From: Lama guanicoe
Taxonomy: Eukaryota
Assembly (NCBI GenBank): GCA_013239625.1
Contig: MU054323.1
Location: 2,418,001 to 2,482,000, forward strand
Direction: 5' to 3'
Length of the DNA stretch: 64,000 nucleotides
Part shown: positions 1 to 12,225 of the stretch, piece after piece
How positions within the stretch are numbered: position 1 is the first letter of the stretch
How the letters are laid out: each line of letters begins with the position of its first letter
Program-made: the position numbers and the translations under genes
The notes under the pieces: model-generated
Database searches by the model: none
Seen by the model: only the letters and a program-made list of their open reading frames with translations
What the model was told of the DNA's origin: nothing

Positions 1-214
1 TGGGTATTCATTCTAAGGCCGGGTTCTGTATTTGTTAATAAGGTGAACATAATAGCTCTCATTAAGTGCCTGCATCTCTGCATATTATGCCATGTCATCT
101 TCAAAACATTTGTGCAGGGAGACAACTTGCACAATGCCTACCACTTAGCATGGTGCCTGAAGCCTCTTCAGTGCCCTAAAAATATTCATTTAAGAGATGA
201 ATGAATATTTGTGT

Positions 215-325
215 TACTCTCTCTATTTTCCAGAAGAGAAAATGTATCATTAGAGAAGTTAGGTAATATGCTCAATAGCAGTGATGAAACCAGAGTTTAA
301 ATGAAGTCTCTTTGAATGCAAACCT
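215..325 (-). mobile_element. MIR SINE fragment
   Basis: 'ctctattttccagaagagaaaat...agagaagttaggtaatatgctcaat...ccagagtttaaatgaagtctctttga' resembles the reverse-complemented MIR core. Confidence 0.55.
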
Positions 326-721
326 TATGATGAAAGGCCTTCCCTCAGTTTCCATCATCATCACCTCTATGACTGTTGCCTGTAGCCCCATGTTCTCAAC
401 GATGACATCATAACTCTCTAAGAATATTTTGGAAGTCACTATATACACCCGTCTCTTTTAGCTGGGGGCTGTGCACAACCGACAATTTGAAATTAAAGGA
501 GGGTTTACATCAGAAGAGTGTTTACTTGTATGAGTATGCTTAGATTTGTATTTGTCTTCTAAGAGGCTAGATAAGTGTTCCTTGAAGGCTACTCAGTTGC
601 CATTAGAAGGCTAGAAAAGGTGCAAGAGGGTGAGGATCTGTGACCCTACTCCTACTTCAATCAATGTCACATTTTTATCCATATCATGTATTGAAATGGT
701 ACTTCTGACTTCACTTTGAAG

Positions 722-782
722 GTGACAGATGACAGAGATAGACAGATCTTAGACAGATGATAGATAAGTAGGTAGGTAGACA
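722..782. repeat. Degenerate (GATA/GACA)n tetranucleotide repeat
   Basis: gacagatgacagagatagacaga...gatagataagtaggtaggtagac seen directly. Confidence 0.7.
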
Positions 783-2554
783 ACAGCAATAAAACCTCTA
801 CAAAAACTCTGCCTTAAATAAAGCCCCAGATTTAGATTTTTAGGAATTTTTTGGAATGAAATGTAGAAATATGGAATGAAGTCATTCTCCATCTTACTCA
901 GTAGAAATGAAATCATCATTGTGTGTAATTACTTGACAGTTGAATGCCTCTTTTAAAAAATCTTTGTAACAAACCCTGCCCAACCCTTCAGTCTGCCCTG
1001 GACCCGTCCATAAGGAATAGCTTGTCACTTGTCATCATCACAGTAAGGCAACTGAGAAACTTTGCTGAAAATAAAAGCACTGTCCCTGCCTTTCTCCAAG
1101 GGCATGACTACCTTAAATAAATTGCCCCATGTTTGATACACACTTGTCAACCATATCTTTAAGCTTCTGAAGGACTGTCAACAAATACATGAATTGAGGT
1201 CAGGTTTACACATCTGCTGTCAACAGTCAGCAAATTGTTAAGACTGAATTTTTATTGCTAGTTATTAAGTCATTAAGTGTCAAAGGTTTATTCATCCAAA
1301 CTGTGCTCAGTGCAATTCTCTTTTATTTTTCTAACAATGAATGAAACATCTTGAAACCACAAGATCTTACGAAGCTCACAAATTATCACTCTTCTAAAAG
1401 AAGCTCACAGCAGAGGCATGATTTATAACTTTAAAAATAATTATTTGCTTACAGGTACCAAACTTTGCTAACTAATGCATACTTTACATTAACTTAACTA
1501 CCCCATATCCGTCAATGAGGAAACAGAGAAGTGACCTGAAATTCACCATGTCTTATAGTAAGAAATAAAGTGAAATTGCTTTCAGCTGTAAGTTTCAGAA
1601 AACCCCACCTCTAATTTCCTTAAATATTGAGGAAGTATATTATTTCTCATGAGAAGGAATCCAGAAAAATACAGTGGATTCATTATCTCACTCATCATAT
1701 GGCCTTTCTCAACTGGATCTCAAGAGAATTTAGCCCCAATGCCCTAGGTCATTTATTGAGTATAATGAATCACCTTTTCTCCTGTACACCTAGAATGGTA
1801 CTATTATAACCACCCTTGAGAGAATTAAGAAAATAGCCACATATATCATTTTCTTTGTTCAGTGGTTCCAAAGAAGAACCCCAATTGAGGATGGCTGAAC
1901 AGTTTGGCTTTCCCCCCAAAATGACTTCCTTTATAATTGCAAGACACATCAGTAATTCCTAGCACCGCACTCAAACCTGACAACTTTCATGGGGGAAAAA
2001 GACCCTTTTCCTCTGACCCTTTGTTAGGAGTAAGAAAACAAGAAGCCTCCTGCACACTTTCCTTCACGTGTTATTTGTCCAGTGGTAAATTCATTAAATT
2101 CAGAATATTTTTTCATAATGAGCTTCCACAGAGAATCAAGCATCTCTTGCGGTTCTTAAATCCCCAGTTGCCAGTAATTTTCTCAGAATGGTATTGATTA
2201 TAAAACAAGTGCTATGATATAAAAATGTGCCACAATTATTACTTCTGATTCTATAAGGAAGAAACAAACATCTGGATATAAATTCTTAGTGCTCCATTAC
2301 AAGATGATACAATTTGTGGCTATTTTAGAACACTCTTTCTACTATATAGCTGTTTTGCCCCTGCATGTTACATAAACCACAAGAACTTCAATATATTGAA
2401 AGGTTTAAGCACAACTAAAAAAGAATTCCAGAATTTTCAATTAAGAGTCTACTCCAAAAGTTGGCAGCAGTGCCTCAATTGTATATACTTTAGTAAACCA
2501 TAGGAATACATTGCTAAAGATTCATATTTGCTAAATTCCATCCATATTATCTCA

Positions 2555-2559
<5 letters not shown>

Positions 2560-2602
<43 letters not shown>
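2560..2602. repeat. Compound microsatellite (TG)n(TA)n
   Basis: Seen directly. Confidence 0.95.
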
Positions 2603-2621
2603 CCACTTAATTATCTAACAA

Positions 2622-2780
2622 TGTCTCAAATGGATTAAGGTACAGATAAGAAAACCCACTCTACCGAGTTTAAGTAGAAGAGGATTCATCGCAAAATATC
2701 ATGTGATTTGCAGGATGCTTTGCAGGATTGAAGAGAGACTCTGGCTAGAGCAGAACCAGGCCAATTCATAGATTCTTTCA
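2622..2780 (-). mobile_element. Old MaLR (MLT1-type) LTR fragment
   Basis: 'aagaaaacccactctaccgagtttaagtagaagaggattcat' resembles the reverse-complemented MLT1 LTR end; heavily diverged. Confidence 0.35.
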
Positions 2781-4302
2781 TTATCAGAGAGCCACTTATT
2801 GAATTGGGAGATTGCTACTACTACAGCCAGCTTCAGAATAGGCAAAATGGTACATACGTATGGATCACATTCTTCATCCTACCTTAATGCCTAGGCATTA
2901 AGGCACAGTCCCATCCCTTTATTTCTCAACTGTAACTGTCGTAAATCAAAAGGTGATCTAGTTGAAGTTTTTTCCTTTAAATTCCTTAAATTTATTATCT
3001 CCTAATACATCCCATTCTGAAATCAAATTCAAAATGAGGTCATATGGATTTCTCTCCTTCAAGACCAATTTGAACTTAAACATTTTCTAGTTGTTTTCTC
3101 AACACTTAGTGACTCTTCTCTTAAAGACATGAGATTTCTTGTTCTCTTAGTGTATCTTTCCATAAACCTTATTATCTCACCCTCCACCCTTCCTATTTGA
3201 CAGAAAAAAAAAAAGACTGCCATGGTAGTGTAGGGTGAAGGGAGGAAAAATGACAGTGTTTTCTTTGCAGAACTCTTCACAGTTCTTAATTTTTGTGGCT
3301 TATATAAACATGGCAGTAGGAAAAAAATTAATAAACTAAAGGATTTTTCTCTGTACAAAGAGCATACCATTTTAATAGAGCCTCTTTCCATTTAGAAGGC
3401 AGCAATCCTATAGTATCTGAAAGATAAGCAAAAGTATTTCCAACTTCTAAGGCTCGTTCTGCTTCTGATTGGGCTATGGATTATAAGACACTTTAAAACA
3501 TAGCACATTATTTAACAACTAAGGTTGTTCCTAGACATACACATATTTTATTGCCTGTCTTCTGAAAACTTGGAATAATGCAACAATATCTATCAATAAT
3601 AAGTTTTTTAGAGAGACATATGAAAGGATTCTATCCTGGCTAAGAAAACTGTTACTGCTGATTGTGGGCAAACCTTGTTCTAGAGATGCCATGATAATTA
3701 AAGTATTATGTTGAGAAACCCTTAGAGACTTACACAGTTTAGGGTTAGCCAACTCCAGAGAACAGGGGATTAGGAGATATTCTAAGATGTAGTCAGTGTC
3801 ACTACCGCCCTAATGTTTAAAAATGCTTTACAGCAGCAACCATGTAGGAAGTCTACTGGATTTATTGACTAGATAAAAAATCAATTGTCTTATCATTTCT
3901 GTGCAACTGAACACTTTTGGTATGTCTGACTAGCCTTGAAATATCTGCTGTTAAATACTTAACGCAGCTTTGTGCTACTTTGTATTGAATTTGTACTCTG
4001 ATACATACAGATCAGGGATTATATAAGAAAAAAGTAGGCTTTTGTTCATGTCATCCATGAGCACAAACAGAAGAGGTTCTCTCTCTTTTGATGCATCAGG
4101 GTTTAGAAAATATACTTCTCATGTAATCTTCTTTTAAAAAAGTGACCAAAAGATCATTAAAATTTAATAATTCAAGATTAGAGATAATATAGTATTGATG
4201 TAATGAGTTAAGTGTTGGAAGCAGACATGCATATTTCCTAAATAATCATTGTAAACTCGGTAACAATACAGAGAGCAAATACCAAAAGTTACTCTTGAGA
4301 GT

Positions 4303-4324
4303 ACACACACACACACACACACAC
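4303..4324. repeat. (AC)11 microsatellite
   Basis: Seen directly. Confidence 0.95.
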
Positions 4325-4559
4325 TTAACAGCAATAATCTGGGCTTGCAGCTGCCAGATTGATATGAACAAAAATATGAACAAATGTGAACAGATATGAA
4401 CAAAAACTCAGAAGTTACTCAACTAAAACTTTCTTAAAATTAACAATAATTTAAAATTAGATTATTGGAATAGCATAAAAAACCAAAATCAGTAGTTTCC
4501 CATGTCGGTATACAACTTAGTTTGAACTTGATCTGAGAAATAGTCTATTCCTGTTGATA

Positions 4560-5800
4560 AGAAAAATATTCATAAAATATCCAGCCCAACAAAAATGTTT
4601 CAAAGCACATATAAGAACATAATAAAACTTTAACAAGAAAATTTAAAATGAAAAATTGTAGAGACATGTTCTGTCCCTAGATGAGATTATTAGGTTTAAT
4701 GGATGCCCATTCTTTTTAAATTAATATTTATTCACCAGGAATAATAAACATGACAACTAATTTGAAAAAATATACATGTGGTTAAAATCCTGATTCCTTT
4801 TATATGCCTCAATTAATTCTAAATTAATATAAAATTAAATGTAGAAAGAGAAACTCTAAAGGAACCACAAAAAGAAATTATATAGGTACCTCATTTTAAG
4901 GTACATGAGACCTTACATGCAAAAAAGTAAATAAAATAAAATGACAACCAAAAACTCAACAAATAACAAGATAAAGAATAATAATGAAATTGAACTACTT
5001 TATCACAAAAAATATGTTCATCAACACATCTTATAGACAAAATTTACAAGCAGAAAACTTGGGAAAGTATTTGGAAGATATTAAGCTTAATACCTTAATA
5101 TTTTATATATCCTTAGAAAGAAATGTTAAAAGTTTCTTGGATCACAATGGGGATAAAAATGGAAAAGAAGAACAAATTTTAAAATATCCAAAGTACTTAT
5201 GAAAACAAATTCAATCCCACACAAAATTTATAAAGATTGAAAAGATACCATTCTTTGCCTGTCATGTTAGTAGATATTAAAAACACCTGGTGGGGTGAAC
5301 CTGTGAGCAAATAAAGACTCTTGCAAACCACCTAAATAAGTTGAAAACAGTTTGTCTGGGGCAAATTGGCAATGTTCATGAAAGTCCTTAAACTTGTTGA
5401 GATTATTGCCCTAGAAATTCCACTGGGAAAAAAAAATGTGTCCTGACAAATAATCAAAAATATATGGATATGTTTACATACATGTTTGATTATTACCTGA
5501 AAAACTAGCAAAAATCTAAATGCTCAAGAAGAAAACAATATTTAAACAAATTACGAAATATCATGAAATGTAATATACTCCCAGATTTAAGAATCATGGT
5601 TTCAAAAATGTTAAGAATGTGACTAAGAAAAGAAGGCAGTAACAAAAGAGCTTTGTACATTTTTATTGAAGCATTCTACCACTTGGAATGTCTGTATTAG
5701 ATGGAAACAACACACAGGAAAACAATAGCAAATTTTATTGATGTGCAGTGGAATTATGAGGGATTTTTATTTTTTATACACTCTGTATGTTCTCAGTAAT
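4560..5800 (+). mobile_element. Highly decayed L1ME-type LINE-1 (ORF2 3' part and 3'UTR)
   Basis: A-rich + strand with L1 remnants such as 'agataccattctttgcctgtcatgttag', 'gccctagaaattccactggg', 'aaaatctaaatgctcaag'. Confidence 0.55.
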
Positions 5801-6119
5801 TGTCTAGAACATATATGTCTTAAGAAGGAAAACCTGAAAAGTTTAGAGCTTAAAATGTAACTGTTATCTCTACATTTTAGAATTAGGTTGGATTTTTATA
5901 TCTTTATAAAGTGAGACAATAGGATCCCTATATGTCAGAATTGGTCATTTTAAATAATTTCTAGCAACTTGGAGGATCCTTATTTTTCTGTAAGAATTAA
6001 GTGTGTCTCACATATTAGTCAGTTGTATGAGGATATTTTATTCATAATGATTTTCCCTTTTTCAGTCTGCTTCAGATCTCTGTGTTGTGCTGGAGGCTGA
6101 ACAGCAGAGAGTCAGGGAG

Positions 6120-6332
6120 CTGGCCTTTGGACTGAAATAGGCGGGGCTCAGACCTTGTCTCTGCCAGGTACCATCCCATTGTCCATAGGAAAATTACTTA
6201 TCCTCACTAGGCTTTTGTCTTCTATAAGCAAAACTGAGATAATAACACCTACCCCATGGATTACTTAAGGATAATGTGAAATAATACATATGAAGAACAT
6301 ATTGCAAGTGTTCAACAAATACCAGCCATTAT
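6120..6332 (+). mobile_element. MIR SINE
   Basis: 'aaattacttatcctcactaggctttt...aaaactgagataataacacctaccccatggattacttaaggataatgtgaaataatacatatgaa' matches the MIR core and tail. Confidence 0.8.
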
Positions 6333-6385
6333 TCTCATGTTTAAGGGTGCTGTGAAACCTGAACAGCTCGAAACTGAGTACTTAC

Positions 6386-6670
6386 ACTGCATTCAAGTTC
6401 AGTTATAATTACTACACAGTATAAATCTACTCATGAAGCCTTTGGCTATGCCCCAGGGTTAGGGGCAACAGCTGTTTGAGCTGTCTAAGCTTCATGGCAC
6501 CATCTCCATTGGAAAGTTTTTTGTATTTTTCGAGAATATTTGGTATGAGCCCAGTCGAAGCTGGTGGGAACCGTGGATGCGGGCCAGGCACATTATCCCG
6601 GAGACCACACATTGGATGTGGACTCCTATCAGCGTCGTGTTGGATAGGATACTGATGAGTTGAGCCATCA
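6386..6670 (-). other. Candidate exon of an unidentified minus-strand transcript
   Basis: Acceptor atttttccttctgacag at 6671 and donor GCAGT|gtaagt at 6385; locally retained CpGs; two frames open from the acceptor; no recognisable protein. Confidence 0.3.
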
Positions 6671-6724
6671 CTGTCAGAAGGAAAAATATTGTAGTGAGCA
6701 CTACTGTGCAAGATTAAGTACTTT

Positions 6725-6845
6725 AAAAGAGTCTTATTGAAGTATAATTAATATACACAAATCTATACACATTTAATGTATAAAGTTTGATGAGTTTTTA
6801 TAGATACACTCATGATACCATCACCACAATCAAGGAAGCAGACGT
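6725..6845 (-). mobile_element. L1MB/MC-type LINE-1 3' end
   Basis: 'ttattgaagtataattaatatacac...tttaatgtataaagtttgatgagttt...accatcaccacaatcaag' is a typical L1M 3' terminus. Confidence 0.75.
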
Positions 6846-6988
6846 ATCAAAAATAATTGAAATCAAGGTCTAAGAGAAAAACCTGCTCTCCTGTGCTCAT
6901 GACAGCATTATTGACAATAGCCAGGATATGGAAACAATCCAGGTGTCCGTTGAGAGATGAATGGAGGAAGAATAGATGTATATGTATA

Positions 6989-7026
<38 letters not shown>

Positions 7027-7320
7027 ATTAAGCAGCCTTACAAAGATGGAACTGCTGCCATTTGTGACAGCATGATGGAACCCAGAGGACATAATGCCAG
7101 GTGAAACAAGCCAGTCAGAAGGACAAACGCTGCGCGATTCCACTTAGATGAGGCATCTAAACTAGTCAGACTCATAGAAGCAGAGAAGACAGAAGTGGTT
7201 GCCAGGCTTGGGAGGCGGGCAGAGGTGCAGTTGTTCACTGGATACACAGCTCCAGTTATGCTAATGAGTAAGTTCTGAAGATCTGCTGTGCAGCGCAGTG
7301 CCTGAGTAACCAGCACCCTT
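6846..7320 (+). mobile_element. L1MA/MB-type LINE-1 (ORF2 C-terminus and 3'UTR) with internal (TA)n
   Basis: ORF 6857-7075 'ALLTIARIWKQSRCP..DEW' is the L1 ORF2 C-terminus; 3'UTR 'gaagcagagaagacagaagtggttgccagg...aagttctgaagatctgctgtgcagc'. Confidence 0.9.
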
Positions 7321-7502
7321 TCAGATGGTATCGCGAACTCCCAGATCAAGTTCTTTCTAAGAGCGAATCTCCATTGCTTAAAGAAGAGGACTTCTTGGTG
7401 CACTTGAACGCTGGGTTCAAATGAGAAATCCAAGGAGGGGAGCAGCTGCACATGTTCCCTCCACAATGAGGCAGCACCCGCAGAGTTGTGCTCCGGGGGC
7501 AG
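7318..7502 (-). other. Candidate exon: strong acceptor, weak donor
   Basis: cctctttcccttctcttttcag|CTGCCC at 7503; frame 0 is open (LPPEHNSAGAASLWREHVQLL...); only a weak donor AAGG|gtgctg. Confidence 0.2.
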
Positions 7503-8559
7503 CTGAAAAGAGAAGGGAAAGAGGAACCTCAGGGAAAGAGGAGGCGCTGTCTTTCTTTAAGATGGAGTGTAACTGGAAGCAGCCTCCAGCCAAGGTCAGG
7601 GTCAAGAGTAATAGAATCCTGGCAAAATATGCTAGTTTATCTTCCCCCAATGAACTCCTGCCAAACAATATACACAGTGTCGCACAGCGCCGGAGAGCGT
7701 CTGATGCATCTCCAGAGTATTTATGAGGACTTCTGTTTTGAAGATAGTTTCTTAGGTAACAGAGCGAAACATGTATGGATGAGCTCTCATTTATCAGTGC
7801 CGTGGCTTCCTGTAAAAATTAAACAGCACGGATTGTGACATTTTCTCCTGAGCAAAGCAAGTTCTTCAAAGGGACAGATGGGATGGGGGTCCTTTGAAGA
7901 TGGTCTGTGTTTGACCAACTCAGCCAAAGGCCCGGCATCGGCATGAGTTACTTGGATGTCCTGGCCCAAGGCTCCTAAGAGACAAGGGGCAATGGCAGCT
8001 GTCGGCCTGGGTGAAGCTGGCGCAGGGAGCCCCCTGGCTGGGGAGTGAGCACTGTTTTCCTTTGCTTATTCCAGTCACCTTCGGATGTCCCTGTGTTTCT
8101 CAAACTTCCGTCAGCCTCTCTGATGGCTGGGAGCTGTTAGGCTAGAAATTCTAGATGACAGTTAGGCTAGAAATCATTTACTTTTTAAAACAATCCCTCA
8201 AGTTCTGTAACATGAGCTGGTGCCATGTTTCCAGAGACCGATTTTGGTCAGCAGGCAGTGATGGGGAGATTACCTCGGACCAGAGGGGAGTGCGTGCTGA
8301 TTCAAGGGCAGTCCAGAACACAGGGGACTCTGACATGGGCAAACGGGAGGCAGAGCCAGGATGTGCCAAAGCAGGCACTCCCTGGGTGACTGAAATGTTT
8401 AATACAACAAAATGTTTTCTCTTCTATTGAGATGCTCCCTCCTCAACATCCTCTGTTTTAATGTTTAAGAGCATATATTTTTATTATAAAATATCTTTCA
8501 CTGAGATCATGGAATTAGAGTAGAAAGACTACCTCATAAAGATACTGAAATCCAATCTA

Positions 8560-8830
8560 ATTCCAAAATGTAGAGAGTATAGTTAAATTTTAGACTGTTA
8601 TTTTTCAGGTTTTTTTTTAAGAAATATATGCTCTAGACAAAGAAACAGAATGTATAAATGGTGTTATGAAATAATTGCTCATAACCCCACTAACCAGATA
8701 TAAAAATTGTTACTGTTTTCCTATGTGCCATTTTGGTCTAACACAAACATCGCTCTTGATGAAACACTTTAATAGAATCGTGCATAATTCTTTTGTCTCT
8801 GCCTTTTTCATTAGTCGCATCCTTAAATTT
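8560..8830 (-). mobile_element. L1ME-type 3' fragment
   Basis: 'ctcataaccccactaaccagatataaaaattgttactgttttcctatg...tgcctttttcatt' resembles the L1ME 3'UTR. Confidence 0.45.
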
Positions 8831-9909
8831 TTTGAAAATATAATCCTTAAATCCAGTGCTGAGACCTTGTAATATTGCTGGTACCCATGAAACCAGCAGA
8901 TAAATACACAGCTTTGATGCTCCTGACCTAGTCAGTCAAGTGGTAATTCCCAGAGATTTGGTGGCCATTCTGAAAATGTAGGAAATGAGTCTTAGTACAA
9001 TTAAAAGATTTTTCTCTGGACAGAAGATCCAAAGGCCAGGGGGGCAAATCAACAGCTCACTTCTGTCCAAGCTTAGACCAAGCTCTGCTTAGGCACCTTT
9101 GTAAATGGTCCACAAGGCAAATGCTGTGCCCAACACTCGGGCAGTGTCACTCTTGTATATTGAACCAACAGGCCAGGTAAAGCGCCTTGACATGGAAAAA
9201 GAGGAGAGAGTGCAGATAGGTTTGAGATTCAGTGACGGATTTAGCTCCTTGATTCTGTCACCATGCTCTGGGCTTAGCGTTTCTACCTGCTCCGACGTTC
9301 TGAGTCAGGCTGTGAGGGACGTGCTCACTGAGAGAAAGTCCACATTTGGAAGCCATTTGCTTTTACAAAATGTTTACTGTTCCAGCTCCTGACAGTTATT
9401 GTTACTAGAGTCACTCCTGACAGAGTACAGAAAGAAGAGGCTGTCAGAGAACCGACATGTGGAAATGTATGCATATGAGGGGGCAGAGACAGAAAACAAA
9501 GGCGAATCTGCCACTGGTGTTCTTTTACCTATTCAGATATATTAGCTTTCTCATCACATCCCATAATTTGAGAGTTTTAAAGAGAAGCATCCTTGGTCAG
9601 TATTCTGTTTCCCCAATGAAGATAACAATTTAAAAAAAAAAACTTTTGTGGATAATTCTCCAACTATAACATTTCCAGTTGCCAGAAATAATCCTCAAAT
9701 GATGATTGCTTTGCAGATTGTCCGTGATGTGTGTATCTTATGGAATTATCTGGTGAAAGGATCGGTGTGAGTAATAAGAACTAAGCTAACCCTCGGGGCG
9801 TTCCAAGGTAGGTGAGCCACCTCATCATGTATCCACGGGTGACCATTTATTTGCATTTGTAGAATCAGGGCAAGCAGACCCACTTGCATAAGCCTCTGTT
9901 GTTCTTAAA

Positions 9910-10060
9910 TTTTTAAGTATTTATTTTGTTCTTTTTTTCTAATTGTAAGAAGAATTCTTGCTTGTCATAAAAAAACATGAAAAAAATATGTGAAAATATT
10001 GTATTCCACAACCTAAAACAACCACTGTTAACACTTTGGATGATATTTTCCATCTATATG
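9910..10060 (-). mobile_element. L1ME-type 3' end (outer layer of nested cluster, left part)
   Basis: 'ttttctaattgtaagaagaattcttgcttgtcataaaaaa...ttccacaacctaaaacaaccactgttaacactttgg' resembles the L1ME4 3' end. Confidence 0.55.
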
Positions 10061-10084
10061 GGCGCTTTGAGGCAATGCATTTAA

Positions 10085-10225
10085 ACCATTAAGTTTAAGT
10101 TGTTTTGATTATGAAGCACCACTGTTTTGGGTAGCATCAAGAACATCTATGACACAGTGCTTTTTTGAAAATTTACTTATCTTTCTATTTGTGCCTATAG
10201 AAGAAGACTTCTGTAGGGATATAAT
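10085..10225 (-). mobile_element. Tc2 (Kanga1/MER104-like) DNA transposon, 3' terminal part
   Basis: 'cattaagtttaagttgttttgattatgaagcacc' resembles a CpG-decayed Tc2 terminus and shares a GATTRTAAGAYGCA-like subterminal motif with 12447-12480. Confidence 0.5.
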
Positions 10226-10234
10226 GTAAGGTTG

Positions 10235-12225
10235 TTTAAATTAACGTAAAGATTAACATTTTTGGAGTATACAGTTCTGTAGTTTTACCACATGTATAGA
10301 TTTGTGTTAACCATCACCCCAATCAAGATACAGGACACCTCCACCACCCCCCAAACTCTCTTGTGATGCTCCTTTTCAGTCATACCCTGACTCACTCCTA
10401 ATCTCTAGCTACTACTGATTTGTTCTCAGTTGCTATAGTTTTGCCTTTTCTAGAATGTCACGTATATGAAATCATACATGTCATCTTTGAGACTGTCTTT
10501 CACTCACCAAACTGCCTTTGAAATTCTTCTAACGTGTTGTGTGCATCTGTAGTTTCTTCCTGTTTATTTATTTGTTTTTTGATGAGCAATATTCCATTGT
10601 ATGGATATACTAGAGTTCGCTATCCATTCACCATAAAGGCTGTTTCCAGCTTTCTGGGATTATGAAGAGAACTGCTGTAGACATTTATATGCAGGTTTTT
10701 GTGTGAACATACATTGTCAGTTGTCCAGTGTAAATGCCCTGGGTTAAGAGTGCTAGTTCGCATAAGTGCACGTTCAGAAGGAACTGCCAAACTGTTGTCC
10801 AGAGTACTTGAACAATTTTGTATTCCCTCTAGCAAGATATAAAATTCTAGTTGTTTCCATACTTGTCAGCACTTGGTATTGTCATTTTTTAAAATATTAT
10901 TTCAGACACTCCCACAGGTGTATCTCACCTCAGTTTTAATATGCATTTCACTAATAGCTGATGATGACAAGTACGTTTTCACGTGTGTATTTCCCATTGA
11001 TATAATTTATTTTGTGAAGTCTTTTGCTCATTTTTTATTTGGGTTGTTTGTTAGTGTTGAGTTTTGAGAGTTCTTTGTGTAATCTGGATATAAGTCATTG
11101 GTTGGATATATGAATTCCAAGCATTTTCTCCCAGTCTATGGCTTCACGTTTTATTCACTTAACAGTCTTTTCCAGAACAAAAGTTTTAATTTTCATGAAG
11201 TCCAATTTGATCAATTGTTTCTTTCATTGACCTTTTTTAGCATGTCTAAAAGATCTTCACTCAACCCCAGATGTCTAAGATTTTTGCTTATATTTTCATC
11301 AAAAAGTTTCACAGCTGTTTATTTTATATTTATCCAAAGTTCATTTGGAGTTTATTTTTAAAGTTATGTTGAGGGTTTTTTTTCACATATGGATGTTAAT
11401 TGTTCCAGTACCATTTGTTGGAAAGATAATATTTCTCCATTTAATTGTTTTTTGTTTGTTTGTTTGTTTTACCTTGGACAAAAATTAACTAAACATATTG
11501 GTGTGGGTCTATTTCTAGATCCATTGTTCAAGTCCATTGATTTATAAGTCTATGCTTTCACCAGTTTACATTATTGTAGCATTAGAGTAAGTCTTGCAAT
11601 TGACTAACATGAATACTCCAACTTTTTTCTTCTTTTTAAAATTGTTTTGGCTATTCTGATTCTTGTGCCTTGTCTGTACAAAAAAAAAAACCCTTTCTCA
11701 TTTTGTTTGAAATAGTTGTAAGCTATTGCTAAATTTGAGGAGAACTCTCATCTTAACTCTACTGGGTCTTCCAATCTATAAGCACATATGTCTTCCAATT
11801 ACTTACATCTTTGATTTCTTTCATCAGTATTTTGCAGTTCTCAGTATGTAGATCATATACATGTTAAAATTAAAATTCCTATTAAAGTTATACCTACTAC
11901 TTTTGAGGGGGAACTATTGTAAATGGTATTGTATTTTTGATGTGGAATTCCAATTATCCATTGTTAGTATATAGAAACAAGATTGATTTTTGTGTGTTGG
12001 CCTTCAATCTGTGACTTGACATACCAACCTATTAGTTCCAGCAGTTATATATATATATATATATTCTTTAGGATATTCTTTATAGAAAATTGTATTTCTT
12101 TTTTCTTGGCTTATTACATTGGCTAAGACTTCCAGTACTATTTTCAATACAAATGGGGAGAGTAAGCATCCCTCACTTGCTTCCTTCCGATTTCAGTGGG
12201 GAAAGCATTCAGTCTTTCATCTTAA
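10235..12225 (-). mobile_element. 5'-truncated L1MB/MC-type LINE-1 (about 2 kb)
   Basis: 3' end 'tatacagttctgtagttttaccacatgtatagatttgtgttaaccatcacc', then continuous antisense ORF2 remnants ('ttgttccagtaccatttgttg', 'gcatccctcacttg...gggaaagcattcagtctttc'). Confidence 0.9.

Noticed and set aside
6725..7320. Oppositely oriented adjacent L1 pieces as a twin-primed inversion
   Set aside because: Both pieces contain 3'UTR sequence of apparently different L1M subfamilies, so independent insertions are more likely.
8025..8045. CTCF-like motifs (also near 9035, 52770, 57145, 57450)
   Set aside because: Each mismatches core positions of the CCASYAGRKGGCRS consensus; cannot be supported without PWM scoring or ChIP.
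9717..9807. Plus-strand exon candidate (tttgcag ... ccaag|gtaggt)
   Set aside because: Short polypyrimidine tract, stops in all frames to that donor, no partner exon or recognisable peptide.
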